In this document: in pieces, positions 26,497-34,763 of the stretch
Numbering within the stretch: the stretch's first letter is position 1
Layout: every line of letters begins with the position of its first letter
From: a virus
Taxonomy: Duplodnaviria; Heunggongvirae; Uroviricota; Caudoviricetes
IMG/VR virus record: IMGVR_UViG_2639762822_000001
DNA length: 44,565 nt
Reading direction: 5' to 3' (one strand)
Program-made: the position numbers and the translations under genes
The notes under the pieces: generated by a model
The model's database searches: none
The model's input: only the letters and a program-made list of their open reading frames with translations
Told to the model about the DNA's origin: nothing

Positions 26497-26868
26497 TTAT
26501 TCAGCAAGCAGCGTTTTCATCATTACTTGCATCTCGCTTTCCCGCTCTTTGGCGATACGTGCATTCTCTTCTTCCACAAGACGCTTCAATCTCTCCATCG
26601 TGGCAAAAGACGCTCGACGCCTGGCGCTCTCATCAATAGCGTGAGCATCCATTGAGATAAGGAAACCAAAGTGCTGGAAGCCCATGCCGACGAAAATCTC
26701 ATAGAGCCTTGAGTCACACTCGAACAAAGCGATGCCGTTCCGAACCTCAAGTAGCACTCCCTCTTCCATCAGTTTCTCCAACCCTCTGTCCCAGACAGGG
26801 CAGTAGCGATAATGGAAACCGTCAAACAGTGCGGTACAAAACAGTGAAATGGCGTTTCCAAACTTCAT
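26497..26868 (-). CDS. Hypothetical protein
   Basis: 123 aa, co-oriented in operon, GGAG RBS. Confidence 0.65.
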   Translation of the reverse strand: MKFGNAISLFCTALFDGFHYRYCPVWDRGLEKLMEEGVLLEVRNGIALFECDSRLYEIFVGMGFQHFGFLISMDAHAIDESARRRASFATMERLKRLVEEENARIAKERESEMQVMMKTLLAE

Positions 26869-26870
26869 GA

Positions 26871-27152
26871 TTACTCTCCCTTACTACTTGCTCTGTTCGC
26901 TTGAACTTCCTTAGCCAGATCGTAAGTAATTTTGCACGGCACAATCATCGCCCAGCCTTTCTCATGACTGTTTATCACCTGCTGGATATGGCCATCTGTA
27001 ATAGGGATATCCGGGAGTGCTTTGAACGTGGCGATCTGCTCCTGTATCTCCAAAAAGAACTGCGCCAGCTCCATCAATTCGCCGCGGGTTAAGGAGTGTT
27101 CCAGTGGACATCGGACAAAATCCGCGACACGTTTGATGCTGAGATCACTCAT
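26871..27152 (-). CDS. Hypothetical protein
   Basis: 93 aa, ATGA overlap with the upstream gene. Confidence 0.7.
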   Translation of the reverse strand: MSDLSIKRVADFVRCPLEHSLTRGELMELAQFFLEIQEQIATFKALPDIPITDGHIQQVINSHEKGWAMIVPCKITYDLAKEVQANRASSKGE

Positions 27153-27838
27153 GCCGAGGCCTCTTTAGCCTTTGCTTCCAGATCGTGAACATATTGCACA
27201 AGCGAGCCGCCTGGTGGGATCTGGCACTCTTCTACCAGTTGGAAGTAGATATCTGCGGCCGCGCGCGTATTCGAGCCTTTGTTTAGCTGCTCTTCGCGCA
27301 GCGCATCACGTTCGTTAATCAAACGGACACACTCGCCGTTACGCTGATCAATCACGGCTTCCAGTTCTGCAATTCGCTCGCCTGGCGTTTTGCCTTCCTT
27401 ACGTTGAGTCGTCACGGTAAAGTCACCCAGCTCCGGCACGCTGTAAGTCAGCTCCAGGTAGTTACTGGCGCCGTGGCGAACAAACTCGCCGGCGAACATG
27501 GTTCCGAACATTGCAGAGGCCAACTCACCATTAAAAAGCGACTCCAGATCTAACGGAGTACCGGCAGCCAGCGCCTCTTTAGCTGTTTCCATTGCGTCCA
27601 TGAACCGGTCGAACTCATTGGCGCGTTTTTCCAGGCTTCTCCATTGCTGACTCCAGCGTTTTGCAATGTGTTCCACAAACACCTGGGCAGCGGAATCAAA
27701 CTCGCCGGTGAACGTCACTTTGTCTTTGTCGATGGTAATCTTGCCGACCTGTTTGTTCGAGTTGCCCTGAAGCACCAAGCTGAATGGCGTGTCAGCTACA
27801 CTCGCAGAGGCTATAAATGGCGCTACTGTATTTTTCAT
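27149..27838 (-). CDS. Hypothetical protein with Ead/Ea22-like coiled-coil C-terminus
   Basis: 'RIAELEA...LINERDALR'; GGAG RBS. Confidence 0.55.
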   Translation of the reverse strand: MKNTVAPFIASASVADTPFSLVLQGNSNKQVGKITIDKDKVTFTGEFDSAAQVFVEHIAKRWSQQWRSLEKRANEFDRFMDAMETAKEALAAGTPLDLESLFNGELASAMFGTMFAGEFVRHGASNYLELTYSVPELGDFTVTTQRKEGKTPGERIAELEAVIDQRNGECVRLINERDALREEQLNKGSNTRAAADIYFQLVEECQIPPGGSLVQYVHDLEAKAKEASA

Positions 27839-27876
27839 TTTTCTCCCTCAGTCATCTGTGCCTATTTTTACATAAA

Positions 27877-27896
27877 ATAAGTAAGCATTTACCTAT
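27877..27896 (-). promoter_or_regulatory. Motif A
   Basis: ATAAGTAAGCATTTACCTAT. Confidence 0.65.
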
Positions 27897-29581
27897 CATT
27901 TAATGCGTTTGAAAACGTACACGCTTACAGTGATCCCCGTGTCCTCGAATTCATCAGTGAATGACTTGCCTTTGGCGTAGACGTAATTGTCCAGCGTCAT
28001 CCAGTTTAGAATTGATGAGTCTCCCGGTAATACTGCTACCAGGCGCCCACCTACTTTCAGATGCCCCAGCCCGGCCAGCGTGTGCTCTTTATGGCGGCCG
28101 AGAGAGTAGGGTGGGTTCATTACAATCTTGTCGAATTGATAATCTGCATTATCGGCAGACCATTTCATGAAGTCACAGCAGATTGTGTTTACGTAGCCTT
28201 TGCCAACAAGGATGTCAGCGAAGAGCGGGGCAATCTCAATACAGGTGACGTCTTCAGGATTGGCCTCGATATAAGCAAGCAGATCTCCGCGACCAGCTTC
28301 CGGCTCCAGCAATGTTTCACCGGATTTTAAATCAACGGCTTTGGCTACGTACTCAGCGATTATGCGAGGGGTAGGGTAAAATTGATGTGATTTTGCATCC
28401 GGGATCAGACCCGTGGCCACAATCGTATTGAGCGTATGACCGATCTCATACGGGAACTGCCAGTGCCCCTTCTCCTGCACGCCGCCAATGAAGCTCAGTG
28501 TGCGCACCAGCTCTTCCACCTGCGACTTCTGAAGGCTCGAATCTGAGAAGTACCAAACACCTTTGTCTTTGCTGAATCGCCCGTCACGCAACGCGGTGCG
28601 AACAGGCTCAGAGATGGTCTTTTGGATGAGGCCAAACTCTTTAGGCGCTCGGGCTTTTGGCGCTGTTCTGCAAGGGGCAGGGATAGCAGCAGGCATACTG
28701 TACGCCAGCACTTCATTTAGTTTCCAGGCCACATCCGGATGGATCTCAAAATGTACGTTGCCGTTCTTGAACATCTTCACACGCATCAGGTTTCCGTCGA
28801 CATTCATCCAGTCACCGGTCTGGCAGTCGTTCGCCCGGTACGCAGCTGATAGCATCTCCGTTGTGCGGTTGATGGTGATGAACTCTTTGTGCGCAAAGAA
28901 ATGAAGCATAACGCGCAGGTCGTCAATGTAGTCTTCCTTCCGATAGTTCACGCTGACGCTGTCCCTCCAGAACTCGGAAATGCAGCTGGCGATGATCAGA
29001 CGCTCGCTGAAGCCGTTCGTCTTATTGGTCTTGTGCGCAGGACTCAGCGCCTTAAACAAGCCATACACGCGCTCAGAAAGATATTTATGCCTGTCATTCA
29101 GCAAATTAAGCATCGTTGGGATGACCGTCTCTGCCTTGAACTCCGGCACACCAACGAACTCCTTAACCTTCATCTGGTAACCGGTTCTGTCTGTCTTGAT
29201 AGTTTCCTGTTTGCCTTCTATGAACTGTTCGCGCCACTCGTCACGGCGTGAAGCTGGCATGATCAGCAGAACGTTGGTCATATCCGTAACCTTCTTCCAG
29301 TACTCGGCCCAGATATTCTGTTTCACCCATTCCAGGTCGACTTTATCCAGCCAGGCTCTGTTAAAACGCGTGCGCTCATCATCCGGCCGGTGGTTAAGTC
29401 GCAGCAGACGGTTGATCATGTTGTGGCGTTCGTCGCCATAAACGAAGTCGTGAACCTGATACATGAAGGCGATCTCTTTCTCGCACTCGGCCACAATTTC
29501 GTGGATGACGTTCATTTCCTGCCGGTAGTCGATATCAGTGTTTGGGGAGATAGCGTCAATGATGGAAAGGGCTGTATTCAT
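27896..29581 (-). CDS. DUF4942-type protein fused to N6-adenine DNA methyltransferase
   Basis: 'QFYPTP', 'LEPEAGRG', 'MNPPY'; long helical N-terminus with 'FKNGNVH'. Confidence 0.8.
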   Translation of the reverse strand: MNTALSIIDAISPNTDIDYRQEMNVIHEIVAECEKEIAFMYQVHDFVYGDERHNMINRLLRLNHRPDDERTRFNRAWLDKVDLEWVKQNIWAEYWKKVTDMTNVLLIMPASRRDEWREQFIEGKQETIKTDRTGYQMKVKEFVGVPEFKAETVIPTMLNLLNDRHKYLSERVYGLFKALSPAHKTNKTNGFSERLIIASCISEFWRDSVSVNYRKEDYIDDLRVMLHFFAHKEFITINRTTEMLSAAYRANDCQTGDWMNVDGNLMRVKMFKNGNVHFEIHPDVAWKLNEVLAYSMPAAIPAPCRTAPKARAPKEFGLIQKTISEPVRTALRDGRFSKDKGVWYFSDSSLQKSQVEELVRTLSFIGGVQEKGHWQFPYEIGHTLNTIVATGLIPDAKSHQFYPTPRIIAEYVAKAVDLKSGETLLEPEAGRGDLLAYIEANPEDVTCIEIAPLFADILVGKGYVNTICCDFMKWSADNADYQFDKIVMNPPYSLGRHKEHTLAGLGHLKVGGRLVAVLPGDSSILNWMTLDNYVYAKGKSFTDEFEDTGITVSVYVFKRIK

Positions 29582-29593
29582 GATTACACCATT

Positions 29594-29630
29594 AAACAAA
29601 TTGTTTTCTTGTTGGTGTTATTATTTCAAA
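29594..29630 (-). promoter_or_regulatory. Promoter module with motif-B operator before DUF4942 MTase
   Basis: AATAATAACACCAACAAGAAAACAATTTGTTT. Confidence 0.65.
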
Positions 29631-29752
29631 ATGGAATAGGTAATAAATAAGGATTCATAGGCAGCGCAGGGAGATACTTATAAGTTTATTGAGTTTGCTT
29701 AATACTCAACTGACAATTACACGTAAGATATTTGTCGCCTCCTTATTGAGTA

Positions 29753-30172
29753 ATGATGATGAAGAAAATTATATTGCTGGGAGTTGCCAGCGCTTTTGCT
29801 GTGAATGTCTACGCCAACAACACAGAGCAAGGCTTTAAAGAGAACGACAGAGCAAGCAGCTATGTTAAATGCGCTCTTTATGCCGACATATCGAATATCT
29901 ACACAGACAAATCCAGTGCAGTGCCTGATGAAAATGCAAAACAGTTCAGAATTCTCGCGCTGAAACACTGGAGAAGGGCAAATGAATTGCTTGGCAACGT
30001 TAAAACCGGAGATGATGAAATCGTCGACTTTGCCGCCTATCTATCATCTCAGGAATCAGTGGCCTGGGACGTTCACCCTGAAATGAACAATTCAAATAAT
30101 GACAGAGGCAATCCGGCAACTGCGGCATACATGAGCGAAAATTGCGGCTTACTGTTAGACGCCGCAAAGTAG
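29753..30172 (+). CDS. Exported protein (signal peptide)
   Basis: 'MKKIILLGVASAFAVNVYA'. Confidence 0.7.
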   Translation: MMMKKIILLGVASAFAVNVYANNTEQGFKENDRASSYVKCALYADISNIYTDKSSAVPDENAKQFRILALKHWRRANELLGNVKTGDDEIVDFAAYLSSQESVAWDVHPEMNNSNNDRGNPATAAYMSENCGLLLDAAK

Positions 30173-30174
30173 AG

Positions 30175-30193
30175 TAGGGGGCTTTGCCCCCTA
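30175..30193. terminator. Hairpin between convergent genes
   Basis: TAGGGGGC-TTT-GCCCCCTA. Confidence 0.6.
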
Positions 30194-30197
30194 TATA

Positions 30198-30767
30198 TCA
30201 ATGATGTAAAGGCTGCATCTTTTGCGGCTGTTTATTCAGATCGTGGCGATGGGTCAGCTCGCGCATCATGTCTTCAAGACGGCTCTTGGTGTCGTCAAGC
30301 TGGTCGGCCATTGCCCCCAGCAGCTGGCGAACGGCCATCGGATCGTCGCTGTTCAGCTCAGGCATTTTGAACCCAGTCTGGGAAGACATAAGTTTGAACG
30401 CGGCCATTAACATCGCCAGAGAAGACTTCAGCCCTGCGATTTCACGATCTTTGCTGGCGCTCTTTTCATCTACGTTGACTGAATCCGGTGAGCACTTCGG
30501 CTTGCTTACCATTTCCAGCGTTGCCTGCAACTTGTCTGCACGATCTTTTTCCGTGAGGTAGTGAACGCCCAGATGGTGTGCGAAACCGACGATCTGCATC
30601 GGGTCTTCAAAAAGGGAAGCAAATTCAACAACAGCCATCAGTCGCCCGGGTACGGACGATTGTTCAGTGCCGCGCACAATACCCAGCATTTTGACCAACT
30701 CAACGACATCCATCTCTTCGAATTTTGCATTCTGTTCTGCGGCTTTAGCTTTGCAATTCTGGCACAT
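30198..30767 (-). CDS. Hypothetical coiled-coil protein
   Basis: 189 aa, TAAGGA RBS, motif-B operator upstream. Confidence 0.7.
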   Translation of the reverse strand: MCQNCKAKAAEQNAKFEEMDVVELVKMLGIVRGTEQSSVPGRLMAVVEFASLFEDPMQIVGFAHHLGVHYLTEKDRADKLQATLEMVSKPKCSPDSVNVDEKSASKDREIAGLKSSLAMLMAAFKLMSSQTGFKMPELNSDDPMAVRQLLGAMADQLDDTKSRLEDMMRELTHRHDLNKQPQKMQPLHH

Positions 30768-30789
30768 ATGTTTCTTTCCTTATATGATT

Positions 30790-30825
30790 AAACAAGTTGT
30801 TTTGTTATGGCTGTATTATGTCTCA
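30790..30825 (-). promoter_or_regulatory. Promoter module with motif-B operator
   Basis: CATAAT...AAAACAACTTGTTT. Confidence 0.6.
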
Positions 30826-30875
30826 ATAGATGAGGTGGGCAAATGCAATGTAAAGGCGAGTGCCCACATTAGCGG

Positions 30876-30989
30876 TCAATGAAACCGTTTAGTCTCTGTC
30901 ATTTCTCGTAAGACGTAAGTACGGCATGGCTCGTACTCGATGGGCTTTGTGTAAGTCGGTAGGGGAGTGAGTGCAGTTATCTCAAACAT
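30876..30989 (-). CDS. 37-aa small ORF (not in ORF track)
   Basis: GGAG-5nt-ATG; MFEITALTPLPTYTKPIEYEPCRTYVLREMTETKRFH. Confidence 0.4.
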   Translation of the reverse strand: MFEITALTPLPTYTKPIEYEPCRTYVLREMTETKRFH

Positions 30990-31000
30990 ACGCGCTCCGT

Positions 31001-31026
31001 AAATAAAAGGGCCATCATTGGCCCTT
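31001..31026 (-). terminator. Rho-independent terminator
   Basis: AAGGGCCA-4nt-TGGCCCTT then TTATTT on the minus strand. Confidence 0.6.
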
Positions 31027-31030
31027 ATCG

Positions 31031-31189
31031 TTAATTCTTTTGCTTATGGAGAAGTGGGCTGCCGAAATAGAGTGCCAGGCCAACAAGCACGCCATCTGTG
31101 ACGATGGACATCAACTTGCCGGTAAAATCCACCAGCACAGTCAACGCTAGCAGCGCAAGAACTGTGGCCAACCTGAACTTTTCGAACAT
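31031..31189 (-). CDS. 52-aa two-helix membrane protein (not in ORF track)
   Basis: TAATG coupling to the terB-like gene; MFEKFRLATVLALLALTVLVDFTGKLMSIVTDGVLVGLALYFGSPLLHKQKN. Confidence 0.7.
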   Translation of the reverse strand: MFEKFRLATVLALLALTVLVDFTGKLMSIVTDGVLVGLALYFGSPLLHKQKN

Positions 31190-31614
31190 TACAGGTATGC
31201 GTCCAGAGAGAGCTGAAGCGCCTGAGCGATCTTTTTCAGAACCACTTCTTCTTCTTCACCAATGCCATCCTGATCAGCGATATCGATGCACAGGCACAGA
31301 ACATCAACAGCTTCTGGTGTACCGGCAACATCGGACAGCTCACGAATGGCCTGAGCGTTAGCAGAGCGAGGGGATGCCTCGTAACGCGAGCGGATATTGC
31401 TGCTCATCTGGGCAATTTCGCCAGCAAAAGGCGAGAACGCCGGCAATGCAGCGATAGTTTTTTCAAGAACTGCGATCTCTTTAGCGTCACAACTGCCATC
31501 GGCGTAGGAGATCATGTAGGCGCCCCATACAGTGGCCTCAACCGCATCGCGGTTCTCCATTTTTTTCACTTCAACAACCGCTTTACGGGTCTTCTTTCTT
31601 AAAAAACCTAACAT
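31189..31614 (-). CDS. TerB-family (tellurite resistance-like) protein
   Basis: 'ISYADGSCDAKE', 'LCIDIADQDGIGEEE..LKKIAQALQL'. Confidence 0.75.
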   Translation of the reverse strand: MLGFLRKKTRKAVVEVKKMENRDAVEATVWGAYMISYADGSCDAKEIAVLEKTIAALPAFSPFAGEIAQMSSNIRSRYEASPRSANAQAIRELSDVAGTPEAVDVLCLCIDIADQDGIGEEEEVVLKKIAQALQLSLDAYL

Positions 31615-31679
31615 GTGTTTTCCCTATTAGTTAATTGTCTTAACAAATTGTTTAAGTAGTGATGAAACCTAAATAAGCG

Positions 31680-31868
31680 TTAAAAAAATCCGAGTACGCC
31701 TCCGAGCGGTACAATGAAAATCCCCACCACTCGCGCCAGAGTCATGCCAGCGTTGAAATGGAGATCTCCGCCCGCAATAAGCTTCATCAGATTCATTACC
31801 CACCCACCTAACAGAACGATGCACAGGCCGATCCAAATAGAAGTGATTTTTTGGAAACTTAGCTTCAT
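31680..31868 (-). CDS. Small membrane protein
   Basis: 62 aa with two hydrophobic segments, 'GWVMNL..RVVGIFIVPLG'. Confidence 0.7.
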   Translation of the reverse strand: MKLSFQKITSIWIGLCIVLLGGWVMNLMKLIAGGDLHFNAGMTLARVVGIFIVPLGGVLGFF

Positions 31869-31877
31869 GCCACTACC

Positions 31878-32375
31878 TCAATCACAGCAGGAGGAAGATC
31901 CGGTATCGCAGGACGCGCCGGAATCGTGTCCAGAGACATCCCATCCAGAGAAACAGGTGCTCTTTCGGGCTGGGGCATCGTCTGTGACGGTGTGATGGGA
32001 GAAATGGTTGATTCCGGCATCAGTATGCTCTGACCGGTGGGAATTGCTGCGGCTGCCAGAGAAGCCAATATCAGACCGTAGGCCATTGGTTTCAGTCGCT
32101 TTCTTTGAAAGTTTTCCATCCGAACTCTCCATGTGCTTCTGGGATTGACGCAGCACGCGAGAAACCGTGGATTCACTTTTCTTTTTAACGGCTACAGTCG
32201 CCCCCAGATGGGCAATGGCGTCAGCCTGGGCATTAGCTCGATGCTCCAGTTCAGTCACTCGCTCTTCAAGCTCCACGAGACGTGCAAAAATTCCGCCGCT
32301 TAACAAATTGGCGAAAGCCAGACGTAATGAACGAGGTCGTTTTTTGAAAGAGGTGAGGGGCGTATGACGTGCCAT
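31878..32375 (-). CDS. Hypothetical protein (coiled coil + Ser/His/Cys-rich tail)
   Basis: Likely start MARHT; ends 'HDSGASCDTGSSSCCD'. Confidence 0.6.
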   Translation of the reverse strand: MARHTPLTSFKKRPRSLRLAFANLLSGGIFARLVELEERVTELEHRANAQADAIAHLGATVAVKKKSESTVSRVLRQSQKHMESSDGKLSKKATETNGLRSDIGFSGSRSNSHRSEHTDAGINHFSHHTVTDDAPARKSTCFSGWDVSGHDSGASCDTGSSSCCD

Positions 32376-32394
32376 TGAGGATTCCATTCATTGT

Positions 32395-32497
32395 CAGAAA
32401 GAGTTGCGGCTGGCATGGCCAGCCGCCGTTTGGCGTTCCATCCTGGAACAGTGCCTACCGGCACTTCGTCATCCTGACGAATGGTAAGATAACTGAT
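32395..32497 (-). ncRNA. Candidate CsrA-binding small RNA or leader with four tandem hairpins
   Basis: Two hairpins with CAGGAUG loops, one with a GGUA loop, and a terminal 9-bp GC hairpin; motif-A site with TATTAT directly upstream. Confidence 0.45.
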
Positions 32498-32505
32498 TTA
32501 ATATA

Positions 32506-32525
32506 ATAGGTAAATACTTACTTAT
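32506..32525 (-). promoter_or_regulatory. Motif A
   Basis: ATAGGTAAATACTTACTTAT; -10-like TATTAT. Confidence 0.7.
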
Positions 32526-33126
32526 CATTTTGTGACAAAAAACCAATGTCACGCTTGTGAGGCATATCCGCTGCGGTGTGGGCCGCGATCTTCGCCAGAC
32601 GGTCACACATTTCGTTTTCGCGATGACCCGCATGGCCTTTAACCCACTTCCAGCGAACGTTGTGGCGGCTGGCGGCCGCGTCGAGACGTTTCCAGAGATC
32701 GACATTTTTGACTGGCTTCTTCTCGGACGTGATCCATCCGTTACGCTTCCAGCCTTTCATCCAGAGCGTCATGCCGTTTTTGAGATACTGGCTGTCTGAA
32801 TGCAGGATCACGTTGCAGGAGTACTTCAGACGCTCCAGCGCAATCAGGGCGCCCATCATCTCCATACGATTGTTGGTCGTGCTGTGGAAGCCCTCAGAAA
32901 GCTCACGCTCTTCACCTCGATACTGGAGAACGATGCCGTAACCGCCCGGTCCGCCCGGATTTTTGAGGCAAGAGCCATCACTGAACACTTTTACGGTTTT
33001 GAGCTGGGGATTGAACTCTACTACGGGGGTTTTGAAGCTGGTACGGGAATGGTGGTGGGTTTGCTGTCTGGCTTTGGACTTCGGCCGGCAGCCAGTTTGT
33101 TGTCGGGCTGGGGTTTTAGTTGTCAT
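32518..33126 (-). CDS. rnhA: Ribonuclease HI with ~35-aa basic N-terminal extension
   Basis: '[14 protein letters not shown]', 'TTNNRMEM', 'SDSQY', 'VKNVDLW', '[15 protein letters not shown]'; GGAG RBS. Confidence 0.95.
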   Translation of the reverse strand: MTTKTPARQQTGCRPKSKARQQTHHHSRTSFKTPVVEFNPQLKTVKVFSDGSCLKNPGGPGGYGIVLQYRGEERELSEGFHSTTNNRMEMMGALIALERLKYSCNVILHSDSQYLKNGMTLWMKGWKRNGWITSEKKPVKNVDLWKRLDAAASRHNVRWKWVKGHAGHRENEMCDRLAKIAAHTAADMPHKRDIGFLSQNDK

Positions 33127-33234
33127 TTTGACTCCAGAATCGCGCGCCGCGACGATTTTTTCCCTCGCGCGTGTGCGCACGCGTGTGTTTAAATTTTTAA
33201 AATTTCTTATGAAAGAAAAACTTACTTCCCAGAA

Positions 33235-33670
33235 CAGGTTTTAATAAAACCTGAACTGAACGAACGAAGTGAGTGAAGTTCACCTCGAACGAAGTGAGAG
33301 GTTGTCTTTTCAGGTAATATCTTCCCAGGGAGGTGAGTACAGATCCTCACCAGCCTGGTCGTTACATAACCTGAAAAGTTATGGCCTAAGTCTACTGCCA
33401 GCTTAGGCTTGGGAAGTTATGGATGACAGCACCCCAGAACCGAGATCTTCCCACATTCTATGAAGGGGAGCTGGGAACACAACCTCTCGAAATCCCAGAC
33501 TCGACAATCATAGAATGACCCTTATCTCTGCTCACTTTGGTTCCCCCTTCCCCAACACCTAAACGGTGCCGGTTCTACGCTGGTAGTGAGCTTTTTAAAC
33601 CTGACGCCAGTGACACAATCCCCCACCCATCAGGCCGAGCTTCCGGAGGTTCCGGAAGCATGGGGATATT
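33235..33670. ncRNA. Highly structured non-coding region (candidate ncRNA or R-loop origin)
   Basis: No ORF of 60 aa or more; at least 7 perfect helices of 6-10 bp, including long-range pairings; C-tracts on the plus strand. Confidence 0.5.
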
Positions 33671-33693
33671 AACACTGGAATCCATGGTTTAAA

Positions 33694-33713
33694 ATAGGTA
33701 AGCAATTACCTAT
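33694..33713. promoter_or_regulatory. Motif A upstream of structured region
   Basis: ATAGGTAAGCAATTACCTAT. Confidence 0.7.
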
Positions 33714-33943
33714 AACGTAGTTTGATTATTTTGTCGCCCATGTAGTTGGGTGTTCAGAGCGAAAACCTCGTTAACAAGCTCTCCAAGCAACTGCTCGATC
33801 AAATCTTTATGCTCGCCGGCGTGCAGACATTTCATTGCCCATTCATACAAGCTGAACGCCTGTTCGCGAGTTTTCATCATCTCGCGAGCTTTGGCCAGAA
33901 AATCGCTCTCAACAAGCGCTACGACGTTCGTCGGGTATACCAT
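33710..33943 (-). CDS. Hypothetical protein
   Basis: Start MVYPTN with TAAGGA RBS; 77 aa. Confidence 0.7.
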   Translation of the reverse strand: MVYPTNVVALVESDFLAKAREMMKTREQAFSLYEWAMKCLHAGEHKDLIEQLLGELVNEVFALNTQLHGRQNNQTTL

Positions 33944-34059
33944 GATGTTTTCCTTACTGTGTTTCATAAAAACGATTCTAAAGCGTCTGGAGCGGGGTTC
34001 CAGAGAGTTAAAGCGGTTAGAATCGGTCTGGGATGTCTACAGAACTACGTTTTGGTAGA

Positions 34060-34131
34060 CCTGCTTCTGTATATAAATAACTAATTACTTATTAATATAT
34101 ACGGAAGCAGGTTATCTAACGGACTCCCAGA
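34060..34131. repeat. Long inverted-repeat module 2
   Basis: CCTGCTTCTGTATA (34060-73) / TATACGGAAGCAGG (34098-111), 24-bp AT-rich spacer, GACTCCCAGA at 34122-31. Confidence 0.9.
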
Positions 34132-34138
34132 ACAAGAC

Positions 34139-34732
34139 TTAAGCTGCCTTTTTAGGTGGTCTTTTCTTCCTGATTACAGTGGAAGGATCATAGCCACCCA
34201 GCTTTTTCATTACCGTCAGCGGTACCTTGCTGATCGTGTGTCCAGCATCCTGACAATGCCCACGAAAGATGACCAGCATACTGCCACCTGGATTGATATT
34301 GACCTCCACCAGCCCAAGCTCAACGTCCGGCTCGATGAACGCTACGCGCCCCCCGGAGAGTATAACTGTTTCGTTGGCGCATTCCGCGGCACGCTCATAC
34401 CATTTCGTATCCAGGGATTGTGGTATCAATATGACTGTCGTTACGCCCCGCGCCTGCTCTCGAATGGCCGCATCGATCCACGGCGTTATTTTTGAATAGG
34501 GTGGATTTAGGAACGCCACTGTGCCCGGGTTGCCCCATTCGCACGTTAAAGCATCACGCTCAACGCCGATAAAGGTTGGTAGCAGTGCATTTTCTTTATT
34601 GCAGGCGACGTCGACATCGAACTTAACGCCTATGTATCTTTGAATGGCGACAAATAGCCACTGGGGTGTGCGCCAAAGGTCACGAAGGGAGGTGTCACGC
34701 TCTCTTTTTTTGATTTTTTCCGCTGCGATCAT
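34139..34732 (-). CDS. Phage Dam-family DNA N6-adenine methyltransferase
   Basis: 'DLWRTP', 'FDVDVAC...NA', 'FLNPPYS'. Confidence 0.85.
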   Translation of the reverse strand: MIAAEKIKKRERDTSLRDLWRTPQWLFVAIQRYIGVKFDVDVACNKENALLPTFIGVERDALTCEWGNPGTVAFLNPPYSKITPWIDAAIREQARGVTTVILIPQSLDTKWYERAAECANETVILSGGRVAFIEPDVELGLVEVNINPGGSMLVIFRGHCQDAGHTISKVPLTVMKKLGGYDPSTVIRKKRPPKKAA

Positions 34733-34743
34733 TGCTTATTACA

Positions 34744-34763
34744 TTAAGTAATCACTTACCTAT
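34744..34763 (-). promoter_or_regulatory. Motif A before Dam-family MTase
   Basis: TTAAGTAATCACTTACCTAT; -10-like TAATGT. Confidence 0.6.

Noticed and set aside
32400-32485. tRNA-like cloverleaf of hairpins
   Set aside because: The stems are tandem rather than nested; there is no acceptor stem, TPsiC or D-loop signature, or CCA. No tRNA was recognised anywhere in the window.
32518-33700. Retron (ncRNA + RNase H)
   Set aside because: No reverse transcriptase in the window and no a1/a2 terminal inverted repeats of retron type.
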